A stretch of 63,743 nt of DNA, the filler included, from Atractiella rhizophila (lineage: Eukaryota): assembly GCA_021432655.1 (NCBI GenBank). It is 3 parts of 3 records of this genome, joined end to end, with 100 filler letters (N's around TTAATTAATTAA, not from the genome) between each part and the next. Parts side by side here need not be neighbours in the genome. Positions count along the whole stretch, not along the records: positions 29,291 to 58,313 come from MU271725.1; 2 more parts are not named here. One strand, written 5' to 3'. Numbering within the stretch: position 1 is the stretch's first letter; every line of letters begins with the position of its first letter. Both the position numbers and the translations under genes were made by a program. Positions 36,111-48,071 of this stretch are shown here, in pieces. The notes under the pieces were generated by a model, which searched no databases, had not been told where the DNA came from, and saw only the letters and a list, made by a program, of their open reading frames with translations.

Positions 36111-38529
36111 ATGATGGGTCACACAAACTCAACAGCACAAGCTTGTGTCGAGCAGGGTTGCCAGCTATTAGCTTTGAATATCTGACAACTCTCTGAATCC
36201 AGTGTATGTTGTCCTTGACGTGTTGAGCTGCATACCAGCACTAGAATGTGCTGCTATAATTGAATCAGCAACCTTCAGTCCTGTTGTCTTTGCTCATCCA
36301 AATTCCAGGGGATATGCAGAACGCCGCTCCCTTGATGGCTTAAATCTACGGAGGCCACAACCTTCAGGGACCATTATACGCCGAAGGAAGAGAAGGTACG
36401 ATGAAGGGAGAGCTGAGTTTGAGAGGGGAACGAAGCATGAGCAGAGGTGGGGAGATGCCATAACGGGTTCGCTTCCATTAGTCCCTGCGCCCAAGAGTTC
36501 GATGTCGCTAACCACACAAACCTATAGCTGGCAAGTTGGAACAGCAGTCTCATGATGCTGAAACCGCTGACGGAAAGAACGATCCAGCTTCTAGGTATGC
36601 AAACGTTCGACCAATTGCGAGTGATTTTTGAAGGCCAACGACCAGGTGGAAACGCGGGGGTTTCTACGCCCAAAGAATTGCAGAAGGACATGTAGACCTG
36701 GAACATCCGGATGATCACGAAGAGAATGGGTTGAGCAAGGATATGGAACCTCAATATTGGCTCGAGATTGTAGATATGAAACATCGATATGGCGCCAATC
36801 TCAAGTGAGTCTCCCCCTCTCAGTCCTTTTGTCTTTTTGAAACTGAATAAACCTCAGGCACTATCATGACTATGTGATTTTCCCGTCGCTGCGTTGACTC
36901 TTGAGCTGAAGGTTATCACAGTGGAACAATAAATCCGATACCACTGAGAACTTCTTTTACGTGCGGCAATTAAGGCATACTTTCATCCATTGTTGACCGC
37001 CAAATTAGTGGTTAGATCACGGTGGTGGAAAGGATTTGGATCTTCCTCAATGTCCTCGGGAACGATTGGAGAAAGAACAACTTGTCTACCTCAATGCGGA
37101 GCAGCGGCGGAACTATCTCGTTCTTGTGAATGAAGAAGGTGTGGCCTGTTTTCTACACTCCATCGTCGTCATGGTCTAAACTGGCATGGACAGGGCTCTT
37201 GGTCTGGGCACGAAATGGTGAAAGGGTAAACACCAGTCGACAGTACGAAAATCTACCAGAGGGGAAAGGGATTGGTAAGTTTTGTTGCATCCCCTGATGC
37301 ATCTGGTTGACTCAGTTACAACCGTAGCTCCGAAAAAGAAGAACGAATCTCAGTTCCCGGAACACGGTAACGTACTCGATGTGCTGTCTAGATCAAAGTC
37401 ACCAAAGTCGAAGACGGCGCGCATGGCTAATGCTCTGAACTTGAAGCGGCGAGCTAGTTCTTCTGAGTCAAGCTCTGACTATTCTAGCGGTGGTATGAAG
37501 AGTCTTCTCAACGAAAAAATCTGACAGCTTAACCTACATTCAGGGGAGTACGGTCCTGGGGAGAGAGAACATAACGTAGGCCATTACGATAGCCATAAGG
37601 AAGGCGAGGGGAAAGTTGGCAGAGCGACTTATTGGGTCTCTCCAAGAGTAGGATTTCAGTCTAGGCTAACAAGATAACGCTAAAGAGCTATCAGGCGGTT
37701 ATGGACATGTTGCTACGGAAGACGCTACGGGGAAACATGTATGTCTGTTTTCTCCCTCCCCCTCGAGCTGACCTAGCACTCCAGGTGGATTTTCGTGGCT
37801 GATTTGGTACTAAACCTCTTTTTTCTCACGAGAGTTGGGGTAATGAACCACTTAGGACTATAACCTCTACATCGGCCTGAAAGAGACCGGAACGTTCCAA
37901 CATTCTTCCTTCTTATTTGGTTCTCGGGTACGCGCCGCAGGATTGTGTCGAGTACGAAACGGTACGTGGTTCCATCCTCATTATTTGTTTGATGCTGAAG
38001 CGATGTGATAGGTCAACTCAAGTCTTTATCACCTCTTTCAGGCCATTATCGAGCTGGAACCGCTCACTTCAAACAAATTTGCAGTCATCTCGAAAAACAG
38101 GGGGTAGACATGAGAGCGTATGTTTACTTCCTTAGGTGCGCGCTCAGTGCTGAAGGCGCCGCCAGGGTAAACATCTCAAAAAGCTTAATGATCATCGGTG
38201 GGATCGAGAAATATGCCGCTTTGAAGAAGAAGAAACAAAAAGCCTCCACGGCGGTGCAGCACAAGGTTTTGCAGAAACCCACCAAGAAGGAGGTCGAACA
38301 AGAAGAAGAGAAGAAGCATGGCAAGCACATCGAAGCAATGGCAAAGAAGCTCGAGGGGGTGCATACTGGCGCCAACGGTGAACCGCCGAAGAAGCAGGAG
38401 CTGGTCAATGGGAAGGACGAGAATAACCCCAAGGGTGGACAGGACGTGCCTTATGCTGACGTTCCGAAGGAGCAACTTACGCAGGAGGAGGTGGGTCTTC
38501 CAACTCTTTTGCGCAAGTACCTGGACTGA
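36111..38529 (+). CDS. IQ-motif / IQM-family calmodulin-binding-like protein, many short exons (start approximate)
   Basis: Contains QYWLEIVDMKHRYGANLK, ENFFY|WLDHGGGKDLDLPQCPRERLEKEQLVYL, LYIGLKETGTFQHSSFL and LSPLSGHYR. Confidence 0.85.
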
Positions 38530-38820
38530 AGTAGAATCTAGCGCAACACGAAAGCAGCGGCCATTGTTGCCAACGTCGTCCAAAGGAGCGGACCAGAAGG
38601 CGAAACACACTAGACTTTGGATCTTATCATATCTGTAAACGTTGTCCTCTAAGTTATTTGCCAATAATTGTTGAATCTAAAATGTTCATTGCTTGACTGT
38701 TTCTTATGCGAACTAACTTGTGGACTTATTGTACCTATCTACTCAGATTTCGTGACGACTCAGAGTGTACTGGGTACAAGCAACATGCTGAATGTTATCA
38801 ATGGAGTGTTAATTAGTACC

Positions 38821-41395
38821 CTATTTCAAATACACTTTCAACTTTCTCAATTTCTCCATGCCCTCCCTAAGCGTCTGTAAATCCTTGCCGAAAGATAGTC
38901 GAACAAAGTGTTCCCCGATCCCCCAATGCGCTTCTGAGTGGAAGGCGCTCACAGGGATGGACACCACGCCGGCGGTTTGTGTGATGAAGAAGGACGTGCG
39001 GTAATCGGCAGCAAAGCCTTTGACCTGTATATATTCGTGTGTGCATGAGCAATGAAGACGTAATAGGGGGAGAGGGACTGACGATTGGATCCGCTTCGAA
39101 TGAATCTGGGATGTTCAGTTTGCTGTTTCCACACTTCAATATCTACATCTTTGGGCTAAACTGGACGAGGGAAAAGACAGACTCGGTGCAAACGAGGACG
39201 AAGTATCCTCCTGCCATTACAAATGCAAGCCTTGATCAACACACGGTATCCTTTATACGAAAGAAGGGTGCATATTACCTTGTGGAATGGTATATGGCAG
39301 CTACGACGCATGATAAGTTCCCAAGCAAATATAAAGTTAATGGAAGGGGATACGCACTCCCAACTCGTCCAAGCCTTCCTTCACCACCTGCAACCTCTCC
39401 GCGTACTCGGCTCGTTGACGATCGAAGAATCCATTCTTCATCCCGATCTCGAGTCCGACAGCCATGGCTTCTTGACATGGCGACTACGTTTCAATTTTCA
39501 GTCGTTTATCTCCAAATTAGGACAGGCTAGGGAAAGAAGAAAGAAGACACACGTTACAACAAAAGACTATGCGCGTCCTACATGTCTTACTGTTCAGTCG
39601 CCACTTTGACAGATGTTAGAAGTTCTCACGTTGCTGTAATATCATCCAAACAGACATATCAATTCACTAGCCATCCACTGATTCAGATAGAGGAGAGGAC
39701 GGTACGCACCAGAAAGGAGAGGTTGTATCAAGTACTCCGGCCCAAAACACCACCCGATTCTCCATCCCGTCGCAGCGAATGTCTTGCCCTATGATCCCAT
39801 TCCCAAAATCAATCACCGAACCACAAATATGTTAGCGTCAACATCAATCGCGCTCGAGCTCGCATTGCTGGTATTTGGGAGTCAAAGAAAGGAAACATAC
39901 CCCGCTCCCAACGGTCACCGTCCTCTTCCACAAATCGTCGACCGCAGCTATGCGTGTGAACTTTTCGCCTGATCATCGAACGCGAATGGGGATCCATGAG
40001 CGGTATGTTAGGGGAAGTGGACGGAAGGAGTGACGGACCGTTAAGGGCTAAACAGTCGTACTGCTCGTATTAGATCGATGGTTGTTTGATATCAACGAGG
40101 AGAAGTGATACGCACGACCTCGTCGCTTAGGATCAAGAGGTTGAATTCCTCCGCTACCTTCCCGATTTCCCTCAGTTCCTCTTCACTGAATATCTTCCCC
40201 ACCCTACATCAACGTTGAAGCAAATCCGAAATGTCAATCCAATCAAATGTCAGTGCGTCCTTTCCCTTCAACAAGCGGAGAGAGAAGAGGAGGGAGGGAG
40301 ACGAACGGATTGTGCGGATTGTTGAGTATGATAGCTTTTGTTCGACCCGTGATCGCAGCTCGGAATTCATCCATGTCTATCTTCCATTCGCTCGCCGGAA
40401 TCGTCATTGACGAGCATCGTGGAGGTGGATGGAGAGGAACGAAGATTGGTGTTCCTCCATTATATTTCACATTTGCGATGTACTTCAAAATAAATAAAGG
40501 ATCAGACGTAGTGTCGGTTTTTATGATGTGGAATAGGAGTATGGGAGGTGGAAGGGAGGAGACATACTTGGTCGAAGAAGGGCTCGAAGAGGATGACTTC
40601 GTCCCCTTTGTTCAAAAAGGCAGTAAAGAAAGCATGTATGCCTTCATCCGCTCCTACAATCCATACATCCGATCATGAACCAAAACCTTAAGAAAGGAGG
40701 AGGGGACACGAACCGGCCGTGACCACGATCTCAGATGCTGGGTCCAGCTTTCTCCCCAGCGACGACGATAAAGTGGGAGACAGATACTCCGACAGTGCAT
40801 TCCTCAACCTCAAGCGACCACGGGGATGGCTGTGTAGACCGTATCATCAGCCCAGTGAATGAATGTCGTCTGGAGAAGAGGAGAGGAGGGGACGACGGAA
40901 CCTGTAGTGATTAGTGTCCACCTGCTTTATCGCGTCCTCGAGAGCGGAGCGTAGGAAAGACGCTGGTGTCATGTCAGGATGCGGAAGAAGAGTGTAGAAA
41001 GGAGCTGACGCGGGAGCCAGTTCATGACTGCATATTTGGCGCATGTCAGCGCTGGAAATGCGATCGTGATAGAAAGTCAGTTACATCCTTGTCCGAGATT
41101 CACTGTATCCTTTACACCACCGATTGACATGTCAAACAGGTGGAATGCTTGGGAAAAGAAGAAAAAGCTCACGGAGGGAATGTACCCTGACGCGGGAGAC
41201 ATGATCGTCCATACTTTGAAGTAACCATTTGAAGTTAGATCGCATGCTCAGATGCAGAGAAATAAGATGGGACGCCCTACCACTGCGCACATGAATCAGC
41301 GAGCTCGACAGGTGTAATGGAACTCACTCGAGCTTTGTGATGTCGTCCTTCACGCGCTCCGAGAAGGAGAAGGGGAACGATGTATCCTCCGCCAT
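38821..41395 (-). CDS. Class I/II PLP aminotransferase, kynurenine aminotransferase (Bna3)-like, paralogue A; very intron-rich with micro-exons
   Basis: Contains NLGQGFMNW, EPFFDQY, ILNNPHNP, LILSDEVYDCL, TVGSG|GKTFAATGWRIGW (PLP Lys) and GVVSIPVSAF..VRLSFGK. Stop at 38821. Confidence 0.9.
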
Positions 41396-41658
41396 TTACA
41401 ATCTATATCGCTCGGGATCAGCAGAACAACGCGCAAATCTGACCAGAAATACTTGTGAGTATCACGACTAAGATAAAAGGACCACGGGGAGATGGTGTCG
41501 GCTAACTGTGTTGTCGGTGCATCCCGACTCGAATCATCAGCCCAACTGCAACGCAATTAAAAGCAGCGTCGATCTCCTTCGCTGCCATATTCATAGCTCC
41601 AGCAGCTGCTCCACAACATCCATCCAACTGTTTGCCTAAAGAAGTACCCTGAACGCGG

Positions 41659-44600
41659 ATGGCATCGATCCAGGATCACCTCGACGAGCTGCTCTACACC
41701 GACCAATTCGTCCTTTCCACTGCGACGACGCGGTTCCACTCCGCCCTCGCAGCCATCCGATCGTCAGGTGCTCCTCCGTCTACTTTGCCTGTAAATGACG
41801 ATCAGTGCGTTGTTGTGTACAGCGCATATGAAGCTGATTATTTTGCAGGGAAGAGGAAGACATTGATGAGGAGGAGGAAGAGGTGCTAGAGCTGCTTAAG
41901 AGTTGGAGAGACGGATCATTGAAAGTAATGGATGGACCTGACCCGCGCACGATCGATCTTAGCAAGGGAGGGGACGTTGGCGAGGCAGGAACGGATGGAA
42001 TTGCTTCCTCTGCCACTGCGGCCACAGGTGGTTCAGCAGAAGATGTATTGGGATGGCTAAAATCGTGCGTCTGCTCCTATCACTGCACTCTTCGTCTCTT
42101 ACCTTTGTTGACCCAAGTAAAATAGCTTTCTAACACCTCCACAAGCAACATACACCTTCTCTCTCCTCCAGAATCCAGCGATGACAGACGACCAATGTTC
42201 CGCGCACATCTTCGAGGACGTCTTCTCCTCCTCCTACTCCCAACTCGACCAAATCGCGCGCATCCTCTCCCGTCGCGCCGAAGTCCTCTCCACCACCCCG
42301 CCTGCAACCCATGCCCTCCGTGGCGTTCGCGAAGAAACCACACCGTCAGCAGCACAACCCAACCGGGGTCCTCCGCCTCTCGCCGGTAGTCAACGCGCAA
42401 TGAAAGACGCGCGAAAAGCAGAACGCCAACGGCGCCTCGACGCCGAGGGTGAGGGTGGTGTCAGCTCCTCCTATGATTATGAGTCGGGTCTGAGTTTGGA
42501 GGAGATGGAGCGCCGACGGCGCGAGCAGTTGGAGGCGAATGCGGCGAGAGGCTTGTTTATGTCGGAGCGGGCGCCGTTGGTGGAGGAGGAGAGGTATCCG
42601 AACGTTTATACGGCTGCTGTGGAGGGATTTGTGGGGGGGAAGACGTTGAGCTTTTTGGGGTCGAGGTATGCTTTGCCTTTGGGGACCCAAAGGGTCGAAC
42701 ATGAGGTTTGTCTTCCTTCTATCTTAGAGATTGTGTATTGACGGAGTTCGGTGGGAATAGAATTATGAAGAGATCACGATCCCAGCGGCGAAGAGACAAC
42801 CGCCGCGGTTGAAAGGAGAGAGGACGATTGGGATCGATGAGTTCCCACGAGAATTCAGAGGCTGTTTTCCCGTTCGTCCTCCACCTCCATTCCCCAATTC
42901 CTCTCAACAGCATGCACCTGGCTGATTGTGGATGCTGGGGGTTGAGACAGGGCTACACCTCCCTCAACCGACTCCAATCCCTCGTCTTCCCCCTCGCCTT
43001 CTCCAGCTCGACCAACCTCCTCGTCTGCGCTCCGACGGGGGCGGGAAAGACGGATGTTGCGCTCCTCACCATTTTGAGGGCGATACAACAACATGGGGAA
43101 CCGTATGTCGACCATGGAGGGTTCGCGAGGCTGAAGAAGAGGGATTGGAAGATTGTTTATGTGGCGCCGATGAAGGCTCTCGCTGGAGAGGTGGTCGCGA
43201 AGATGAAGAAGAGGTTGGGTGGGTTGGGGGTCAAGGTTAGGGAATTGACTGGTGAGTCCGTCGCACCGCCTTTGCCACTTCCTACCTCCCGATGGCAACG
43301 AGAGTATGGAATTGAATTTGGACGTTGGATGTGGATAGGTGATATGCAAATGACCCGTCAGGAGATCGCGGAGACGCAGATGATCGTCACCACACCTGAA
43401 AAGTGGGACGTGGTGACGAGAAAACCGTCGTTTGCGACGCATGTCGGTGGTGGAGGAGGGAGGGAGGAGGAGATCGTGATGCAGGTCAAGCTGCTGATCA
43501 TCGACGAGGTCCATCTCTTGAATGAAGACCGGGGAGCGGTCATTGAGACGATTGTAGCGAGGACCCTGAGATTGGTTCGTCTCCATCTCTGTATTTATTG
43601 TTGTGTGGATGAAGAAGTTGAGAGGTGGATCGAATAGGTCGAGACGACTCAAAGCTTGATTCGCATCGTCGGTCTTAGTGCTACGCTGCCAAATTACGTC
43701 GACGTAGCTGACTTCCTCAGGTATGTAGGGCCGCATAAAATAAGTTGGACAACATGATTTAACATGTTACTGTTGGTGTGCATAGGGTTAATCGATACGA
43801 AGGTCTGTTTTACTTCGACAGTTCCTTCCGCCCCGTACCTCTCGAGCAGCACTTCATCGGCGTGAAGGGAAAGAATGGGTCGCAGATTATGCACAACAAC
43901 ATGGACGAAGCAACTTTCGAACAAGTACATCTCCCCTCCACTTTCCGTCTTTCCGTTACACAAATCGAATGATGATGATTCACGTGCATAGGTCTCGCGA
44001 TTGATCAAGGCAGGTCACCAAGTCATGGTCTTTGTTCACGCCCGCAAAGAAACGGTGAAGACAGCGCAAACGCTGCGCGAGAAGGCACTGCAAGAAGAAG
44101 GCATGCTCGATCTCTTGATGCCGGACGAACATCCGAAGTATGGGCTGTTTAAGAAGGAGGCGAGTGCGAGCAGGAACAAAGAGCTGAAGGAGTTGATGGC
44201 GATGGGGTTTGGGATCCATCATGCGGGTATGTTGAGGAGCGATAGGAATTTGAGCGAAAGAATGTTTGAACAAGGGATCACCAAAGTGAGACCATTTCTC
44301 ATACCCTAACGTGGGTTGATCGTGTGTGGGGTACAGGTGCTTTGTTGTACTTCTACATTGGCTTGGGGTGTCAACTTGCCTGCATATGCTGTGGTTATCA
44401 AGGGAACGCAGATCTACGACAGTTCAAAAGGTATTATTACCTGGAAGCAAGTAATACATCTCTGACGCCCTTTAACTGAAGGTTCAAATGTCGACCTGTC
44501 CATCCTCGACGTACTTCAGATCTTTGGACGAGCTGGCAAGAACATTTATCGCACCTCACTATTATGCTGATCGAGTTGCATAGGGAGACCGCAGTACGAA

Positions 44601-47600
44601 TCTCAGGGTGTCGGTTACATTTGCACCTCGCAGGACAAGCTGGACCATTACGTTACCGCGGTGACACAACAAATTCCAATCGAATCAAAGTACGTTATTT
44701 GTCCCAGTGCTTTAACCATTACCTCATGTACGAGTTGAAAGGTTCGTGGCCGGCATGGTCGATGCTCTCAACGCCGAAATCTCGCTCGGTAACGTCAACT
44801 CGGTTGACGAAGGTGTGCGTTGGATCGGATACACTTACCTATTCGTGAGAATGAGAAAGAACCCGATGGTCTATGGGATGACCATGGACGACGTCGCCGA
44901 CGATCCGTATCTAGGCAGCAAACGTCTTGATCTTATCACGGCGGCCGCGAAAAAGTTAGCAGAGGCCCAGATGATTATTTACGACCAAGATCTTGGGACC
45001 CTGACGGCGACAGAAATTGGGAGAATCGCTTCCAGATACTATATTCGACACGCCAGCATCGAGATCTTCAATGGCTCTTTTAAGGCCAATCTTTCAGAAG
45101 CAGACATGCTCTCTGTTCTCAGCTCGAGCGTGGAATTCAAACAGATCGTAACCAGAGAAGCAGAAGTGCCCGATCTCAAAAGGTTGCTGAAAGATTGCCC
45201 TTGCCAAGTAAAGGTGCGCCAGTTAGCATCTTGGTTCGTTGTAGAAGGAACTGAGTTCAATACAGGGCGGCACGGATACTTCCGAGGGAAAGATCAATAT
45301 CCTTTTACAATCTTACATCTCTAAGGTGTACCTCGAAGACTTTGCCCTGGTTTCCGATACCAACTACGTCGCGCAAAACGCTGGGAGAATCGCCCGTGCT
45401 TTGTTAGACATAGCGATTCATCGGAAATGGGGAGTTGCAACTCTAGTTTGCGCATCGATGAGCAAGGCAATCGAAAGTAATCCAATTCCATCTTTCAAAG
45501 CGATGAAGCTGAATTTTTGCCAGAACGAATGTGGCCATTCGATCACCCGCTACTCCAATGCGACCTTTCGCAAGAACTCCTCTACAACATCCAACAATGG
45601 GCTGACGAGTTGACAGTAGAAGAAATAGCGGAGCACTCGCCGGCAGACTTTGGAAAGCTGATCCATTTAAATGAGCGGCTCGGAGGCATCGCTGTACAGG
45701 CTGCCAAGAGGTTCCCAAAGCTCAATATCTCTGTCGACATCCGTCCATTGGCAGGAGACGTTCTTCAGCTTCGATTCGACCTGCGAAAGGCTTTCGATTG
45801 GTCAGAAAAGATACACCGGAACATAGAAGGCTTCTGGCTTTGGGTAGAGGATGCCGACGCAAACATCTTACGGCTACATCACATTCTGCTTCGACAGCAG
45901 ACTTCCAATATTCAACAGGAATTCAATCTCTTCTTTGATTCCACGCCTTCGTCCATCACAATTAGACTTGTTTCAGATCGCTGGATTGGAAACGAGCAAG
46001 AGCAAATAGTCCCGCTCGACAACATCAAGATGCCACCGATTGCACCGCCGCCTGAGGATCTCCTCGACCTCCCGCTTCTTCCCATCGATGCACTTAAGCA
46101 TAATCGGCTTAAAACGCATTATTCCAAGGACATGTTATCCTTCAATCCCATACAGACCCAAGTTTTTCATACCATTTATAATACGAAAGCAAATACCCTC
46201 GTCGCAAGCCCAGAGAAAAAGACTTGGCTCCTGTTTGTGGAGCTGGCGATATGGTGAGAACGGCTATAGTCCGCTGCGTGCCACTGACTATTTTTGCGGT
46301 AGTCGCCAACTCGCTTTCAATCCGCAGGCTCGAATTCTGGTCTTTGGGAGTCGGAAGCCGGTAGCAAGGACGTTATTTACGCGTCTACAAGAACTTCTCA
46401 GCCCATCAAACATCCTTGTGCGCTTGATCGCTCAGTCTTCCGATCTATCTTCTGCATTGCCATCTGGAGTCCACGTCTGCATACCGTCAACATTCTACCG
46501 CGCCATTTCAAAGAAAATAGTGACATCGGAAACGTTCGATTTAATCATTTCCACAGACCTTCAAACGCTTCACACAGCATACGAACTTTCCATTGCCCAT
46601 CTGCGGAGACACCATCCTTTCGCTCGTTTTGTTGGCTTCTCTGCACCATTGGCGGACCCCTCCGACCTTGCGCGATTCTTAGGTTGCAAACCAGTCAATA
46701 CCTTCTCTTTTCACGCCAACGTCTCGTCCGAACCTATCACCACTAGCTTCGTCACTCACTCCCAACAGCATTCTACCGGTCTCCTCCGGTCCATGATTAA
46801 ACCCGTCTACCTTCACATTCGTCAGCCTACAGCACCATCCTGCCTTTGTTTCGTTCCCTCCGTCAACCAGACAAAGATACTCCTGAGGGAAATGGCTACT
46901 CTTTGCGCCTCCGATATCGAACAAGGACCATTGTACAAGATATCCCCCCAGGAGATGTCTGGTATGGCGGAGTATGTGACAGACTCTGACCTTTCCGAAA
47001 GTTTACGCCAGGGGATTGGGGTTCTTCATAACGGTCTGCAAACCTACGAGCGCCGCCTGGTCCTGGAGCTCTTCCAATCCGGTGTCATCCGTGTTTTGTT
47101 TCTTTCAAAAGACGATGCTTGGAATCTGCCGAATATCAGTGCAGATAAAGTCATGTTGCTCGGAGCTCAGTTTTGGGTCGAAGATGTTGGATCAGGCCGA
47201 CGACTGCTCGACTACTCCCTCCCTGATCTCTTACACCTGCAATCCTTCGCTCGCAGTCCAATGAGGTCCGAATTCATTGTGTTCTGTCAATCGGAGCAGG
47301 CAGAGATTTACTCACGCTTCCTGCTCGAAGGCCTACCACTGGAATCTGAAATGGAGCTGAAAGGTGTATTCATGGACGACATCCTTAGACACTTAGATTC
47401 GGGGATGCTCAATGCTCAAGACGTGTTGGATTACGTTTCATGGACCTTCATTGCGCTTCGGTTGCCACGTAACCCTTCTTACTACTTTCCTCATAACGAC
47501 GAGTTTGGGAAAGACAAGACGGATGAGTGGTTGCTCGCACGCTTCGTGGATAACATCATCAACGAGCTGCGACAGGTAGGACTCGTGCGAGTCACTTCGA

Positions 47601-47995
47601 CATCTTCAACGTCTGTTCCTACACTCCAACTGACAGTGTTTGGACGTGCAATGCTCTCGCGGAACACTTCCTTTGACGACGTGAAAAAGCTTCGCTTCTC
47701 GCCTCCGGCCGAACTCTTATCTGCCCTTCCAGAATCCCATGAGACAGCTTTCGATCCTGTCCACTTGCCCAATTTGAAGAAACTGTACCAACGTTTGTCT
47801 CGGTCTTTCAAAGACCTAATCTCCATCCCAGAAGGACAAGGGGACGAAGGATTTGCGAAGGTTGAGCGGCCGATTCTCCTCTTATCCTACGCATCGGCAG
47901 GGCGAATTCCAAACGTCGAAAGACTCGAGGAGCTACAGAGCGAGCTCTTAATCCAGTGCCTTGAGCGGATGTTGAGAAAAGTGCCTTTTGTTTGA
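41659..47995 (+). CDS. SLH1: Ski2-like helicase Slh1/Rqt2 (ASCC3/Mug81) with Sec63 domain; second helicase cassette degenerate
   Basis: Contains [75 protein letters not shown] and QIFGRAGRPQ, followed by a Sec63 region. Confidence 0.92.
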
Positions 47996-48071
47996 CCCAC
48001 TCTCTCGAGAAAAAAGGGGTTGTGTCATAAAAGTTTGCTTCCCTGATCCATAATTTAGCTGCAATGCAATG

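Noticed and set aside
42855..43736. 293-aa minus-strand ORF
   Set aside because: Antisense shadow of SLH1 helicase exons.
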